This document shows, one piece after another, positions 60,917 through 63,740 of a stretch of 63,740 bases of DNA; the first letter of the stretch is position 1, and every line of letters begins with the position of its first letter. The stretch covers positions 1 to 63,740 of the forward strand of contig JBDRRP010000044.1 of NCBI GenBank assembly GCA_043825735.1, in the 5' to 3' direction. The notes beneath the pieces are model-generated. The model did no database searches, was not told the DNA's origin, and was given only the letters and a program-made list of their open reading frames with translations. A program made the position numbers and the translations under genes. The stretch comes from Pseudomonadota bacterium (GTDB lineage: Bacteria > Desulfobacterota > Desulfobacteria > Desulfobacterales > JBDRRP01).

Positions 60917-61969
60917 ATGAATGGTTTCGGTGCAAGATTGGCGTCAGCCCGGAAAATGGCGGGGATGTCCATGCAACAACTGGCCGATGCCACTGAAAAC
61001 GCGATCTCCAAACAAGCGATCAGCAAATATGAAAAGGGGAAGATGTTCCCGGCATCTGACATCCTCATCGCACTTGCCAAGGCACTTGGTGTAAAGCCCG
61101 ACTATTTTTACCGGGATCCACATGTAAAGCTGACCGGTCTGGAATTCAGGAAAAAGTCACGGCTTTCCGTAAAGGATGAAACCCGCGTAAAATACCAGAC
61201 TTTGGATTTTCTTGAACGGTGCACCGAAATTGAAGGGGTGATGGGGCTGCCCGGCAAATTCGACAACCCACTGGACGGCTTGGTTATCAAGAACAGGGAA
61301 GATGTCGAAAGGGCGGCCCAAGCCTTGCGCCAGGCATGGAATATAGGGGCTGGGCCTGTATCAAAACTGATGGAATTGCTTGAAACCAAGGGTGTCCGAA
61401 TCTTGGAAGCGGACCTGCCGGATATGTTTGATGGCTTGTCAGCCATGGCCGACGGGATACCGGTGGTAACCGTGAACAAAAATTACCCTCTTGTCCGCAA
61501 GCGCCTAACCCTCATCCATGAGCTGGGCCACCAGTTGCTTCTTTTTAAAGGCTGTGATCAGAGACAGATCGAAGCCCTTTGCCACAACTTCGCAAACGCT
61601 TTTTTAATACCAGCAGAAGCAATTTTTGAGGAACTCGGAACCCACCGGCGGAACATCTCTTTAATGGAACTTAAAAAGCTGAAAGGCGTCTACGGCATTT
61701 CCATTCTGGCGCTGATGGTCAGGGCCAAAAACCTTGGAATCATCTCCGAGGGCTACTATAATCGATTTTTTATTCTGGCCAACCAGCAGGGTTGGCGCTC
61801 CGGCAAGGTGCAAGAGCCCGGGCAATATATCGGCCTGGAAAAACCGAACCGTTTCAGACAACTCGTGGAGCGAGCCGTCGCTGAAGAGATTATTTCCTTG
61901 TCCAAAGGTGCCGAGCTGAGAAACATCGGGCTTGCAGAATTCCGGAAGGAGTTCCAACTCGCCGCATGA
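60917..61969 (+). CDS. XRE HTH + ImmA/IrrE (M78) metallopeptidase fusion
   Basis: ARKMAGMSMQQLA...ISKYEKG HTH, FRK linker, TLIHELGH HExxH, FANAFLIP; GGAGG RBS. Confidence 0.92.
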   Translation: MNGFGARLASARKMAGMSMQQLADATENAISKQAISKYEKGKMFPASDILIALAKALGVKPDYFYRDPHVKLTGLEFRKKSRLSVKDETRVKYQTLDFLERCTEIEGVMGLPGKFDNPLDGLVIKNREDVERAAQALRQAWNIGAGPVSKLMELLETKGVRILEADLPDMFDGLSAMADGIPVVTVNKNYPLVRKRLTLIHELGHQLLLFKGCDQRQIEALCHNFANAFLIPAEAIFEELGTHRRNISLMELKKLKGVYGISILALMVRAKNLGIISEGYYNRFFILANQQGWRSGKVQEPGQYIGLEKPNRFRQLVERAVAEEIISLSKGAELRNIGLAEFRKEFQLAA

Positions 61970-62463
61970 TACTTGTCGTGAATGACGCCTGTGTTCTGAT
62001 CGATCTCATCGACGCCGACCTGTTCGACGAATTTCTTCAGTTAGGCTACCAGTATCACATCACGGAACTTGTCTTAAGCGAGGTAGAAGGCGATTATGAA
62101 AAACCAGTGGCTCAGAGCATCCGTACGAAAACATTAAAAGTCTATAGTCTATCCGGCGATGATCAGACTGGCCTTGCGTTGATGATGCGTACTCTTTCAC
62201 CGAAGCTTAGTGCCCCTGACGTGAGCTGCCTTTTTTTGGCTCGCAAAATTGGCGCAATGGTTTTGACTGCCGACAAGGTTCTTAGGCTCGCAGCCAAGAG
62301 CCTGGGACTGACTGCTCACGGTTCGCTATGGGTTGTGGACAGATTGATCGAGGAAAAGATCATCACAAAAGGAACCGCACGGAAAAAGCTGATCAAACTG
62401 ATGACAATCAACCCACGCATACCAAAAGTTGAATGTGAAAAACGCCTGAAACGGTGGCGGTAG
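61966..62463 (+). CDS. PIN domain protein (DUF3368-like)
   Basis: VVNDACVLIDL, VLSEV, LS.PD, LTAD..LR, HGSLW; ATGA overlap. Confidence 0.85.
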   Translation: MILVVNDACVLIDLIDADLFDEFLQLGYQYHITELVLSEVEGDYEKPVAQSIRTKTLKVYSLSGDDQTGLALMMRTLSPKLSAPDVSCLFLARKIGAMVLTADKVLRLAAKSLGLTAHGSLWVVDRLIEEKIITKGTARKKLIKLMTINPRIPKVECEKRLKRWR

Positions 62464-62514
62464 CATTTCTGTCTGCGTTTTTGCCTGCCGAAGACACTCT
62501 CCTAAAAAAGAAAA

Positions 62515-62546
62515 CGGCGGTTAAGGAAGAACTTCCTTAACCGCCG
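62515..62546 (+). terminator. Strong hairpin after PIN gene
   Basis: CGGCGGTTAAGGAAG-AA-CTTCCTTAACCGCCG. Confidence 0.65.
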
Positions 62547-62837
62547 ACAACAAAATGGGATGGCCAAGTTTTATACTGCAATGCTACGACAGAATAGAAA
62601 CTATAGAACGAAAAGGCTGTCCCCAACTTCACGTTGATCCGTCCCCAAGTCGATAAGTCGGATGATCCGCACGGTTTCGTTGGCGGCGGTCGCCGGTGGT
62701 GATCTGAATTGGAATCGCCTGCTCGTAGTTTTTAAGGCTGTTCAGCTCCACCACGACCGGGGTGACGGCAACGTGGTTGAATAGTTGCTGATTTTTTCGA
62801 TTTCGCTTCGTTTTAGAATCAGATATATCCATCTTTC

Positions 62838-63740
62838 ATGGGAACCTCTATCACAAGTTCTGCAAAACCTCTCTTGATGCAAATTCGGCAACTGTTTAAA
62901 ACCGATCTGGCTTTAGAAAACGATTATCTCAGGCAGGAAAACAGGATTCTCAGAAGCAAACTCGGCACGCGGGTGCCTTTGACCGATCAGGAACGAAGGA
63001 TACTGGTGAAATATGGCCTGCGAATCAAGAACCGTCTTGGCGATGTTATCAGCATTGTCAAGCCGGAGACACTCCTTGCATGGCATAGAAGGATGAAAAA
63101 GAAAAAATGGACCTATGAGAAAAAATCAACCCAACCCGGACGACCTCGCCTATCGCAACATACCGAGGAGCTTGTCGTCAGGCTGGCCGGGGAAAACGCC
63201 TGGGGATATCATAGAATAGCCGGAGAAATGAAAAAGCTCGGCCATAAGCTCTGTCCGACAACTGTTAAAAATATTCTCAAAAAACACGGCATTCCGCCTG
63301 TTCCCTTCCGGAAAGGCATGTCCTGGAAAAAGTTCATCCAATCGCACATGGATGTGTTATGGGGCACCGACTTTTTCACGGAAGAAGTTTGGACAATGAA
63401 AGGGCTTGCAACTTATTATGTCCTGTTTTTCATACACCTTGGTTCACGGAGAGTGCACATAGCAGGCTGTACATTAAATCCAAACTATTTGTGGACCTCA
63501 CAGCAGGCCAGAAACATTTCCATGCTGCTGGATGAGATCCCGGAAAGCTGTCGCTACATCATCCATGACAGAGACAGCAGCTTCCTGCCCTTTGACCATG
63601 TCATCAAATCAGAGGGCATCAAGATCGTTAAAACACCTCCGCATACGCCGATATGCAATGCCTTTGCCGAAAGATTCGTGCGTGAGGCAAGAGAGACGCT
63701 GAACAACATTATTCCACTCGGCAAGAAACACTTTCGTCAT
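62838..63740 (+). mobile_element. DDE transposase with integrase (rve) core, runs off the window
   Basis: Open frame absent from ORF track: LENDYLRQEN, VKPETLLAWHR, PGRP, WGYHRIAGE, GTDFF, IHDRD, NAFAERFV. Confidence 0.88.

Noticed and set aside
62629..62832. 67-aa minus-strand ORF
   Set aside because: Looks like a chimera of IS-end DNA and an unidentifiable gene fragment; cannot be supported as a gene.

Overview
GC-rich chromosomal window from an anaerobe, probably a sulfate-reducing Desulfobacterota (Desulfobacterales-like; inferred from gene content). It opens with the repeat-laden end of an IS21-type element that has truncated a moxR-DUF58-transglutaminase operon. The core (about 3.8-57.6 kb) holds fatty-acid catabolism genes, a nuclease-fused DinG/XPD helicase, a GcvT-SHMT fusion, two hybrid histidine kinases, an SDR/ThDP-enzyme/BASS cluster, rnd, thrS, a class I adenylate cyclase and two genes split by an in-frame UGA with a SECIS hairpin (formate dehydrogenase and a CCG-domain Fe-S protein, both probable selenoproteins). 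At least nine intergenic spaces carry palindromic elements built of 9-bp periodic units. The last ~6 kb is visibly more AT-rich and accessory: a group II intron 3' remnant, Rhs/YD fragments, several toxin-antitoxin modules, an XRE-metallopeptidase/PIN pair and a transposase running off the end. No tRNA, rRNA or CRISPR array was seen. All product calls come from motif recognition by eye, not database searches.
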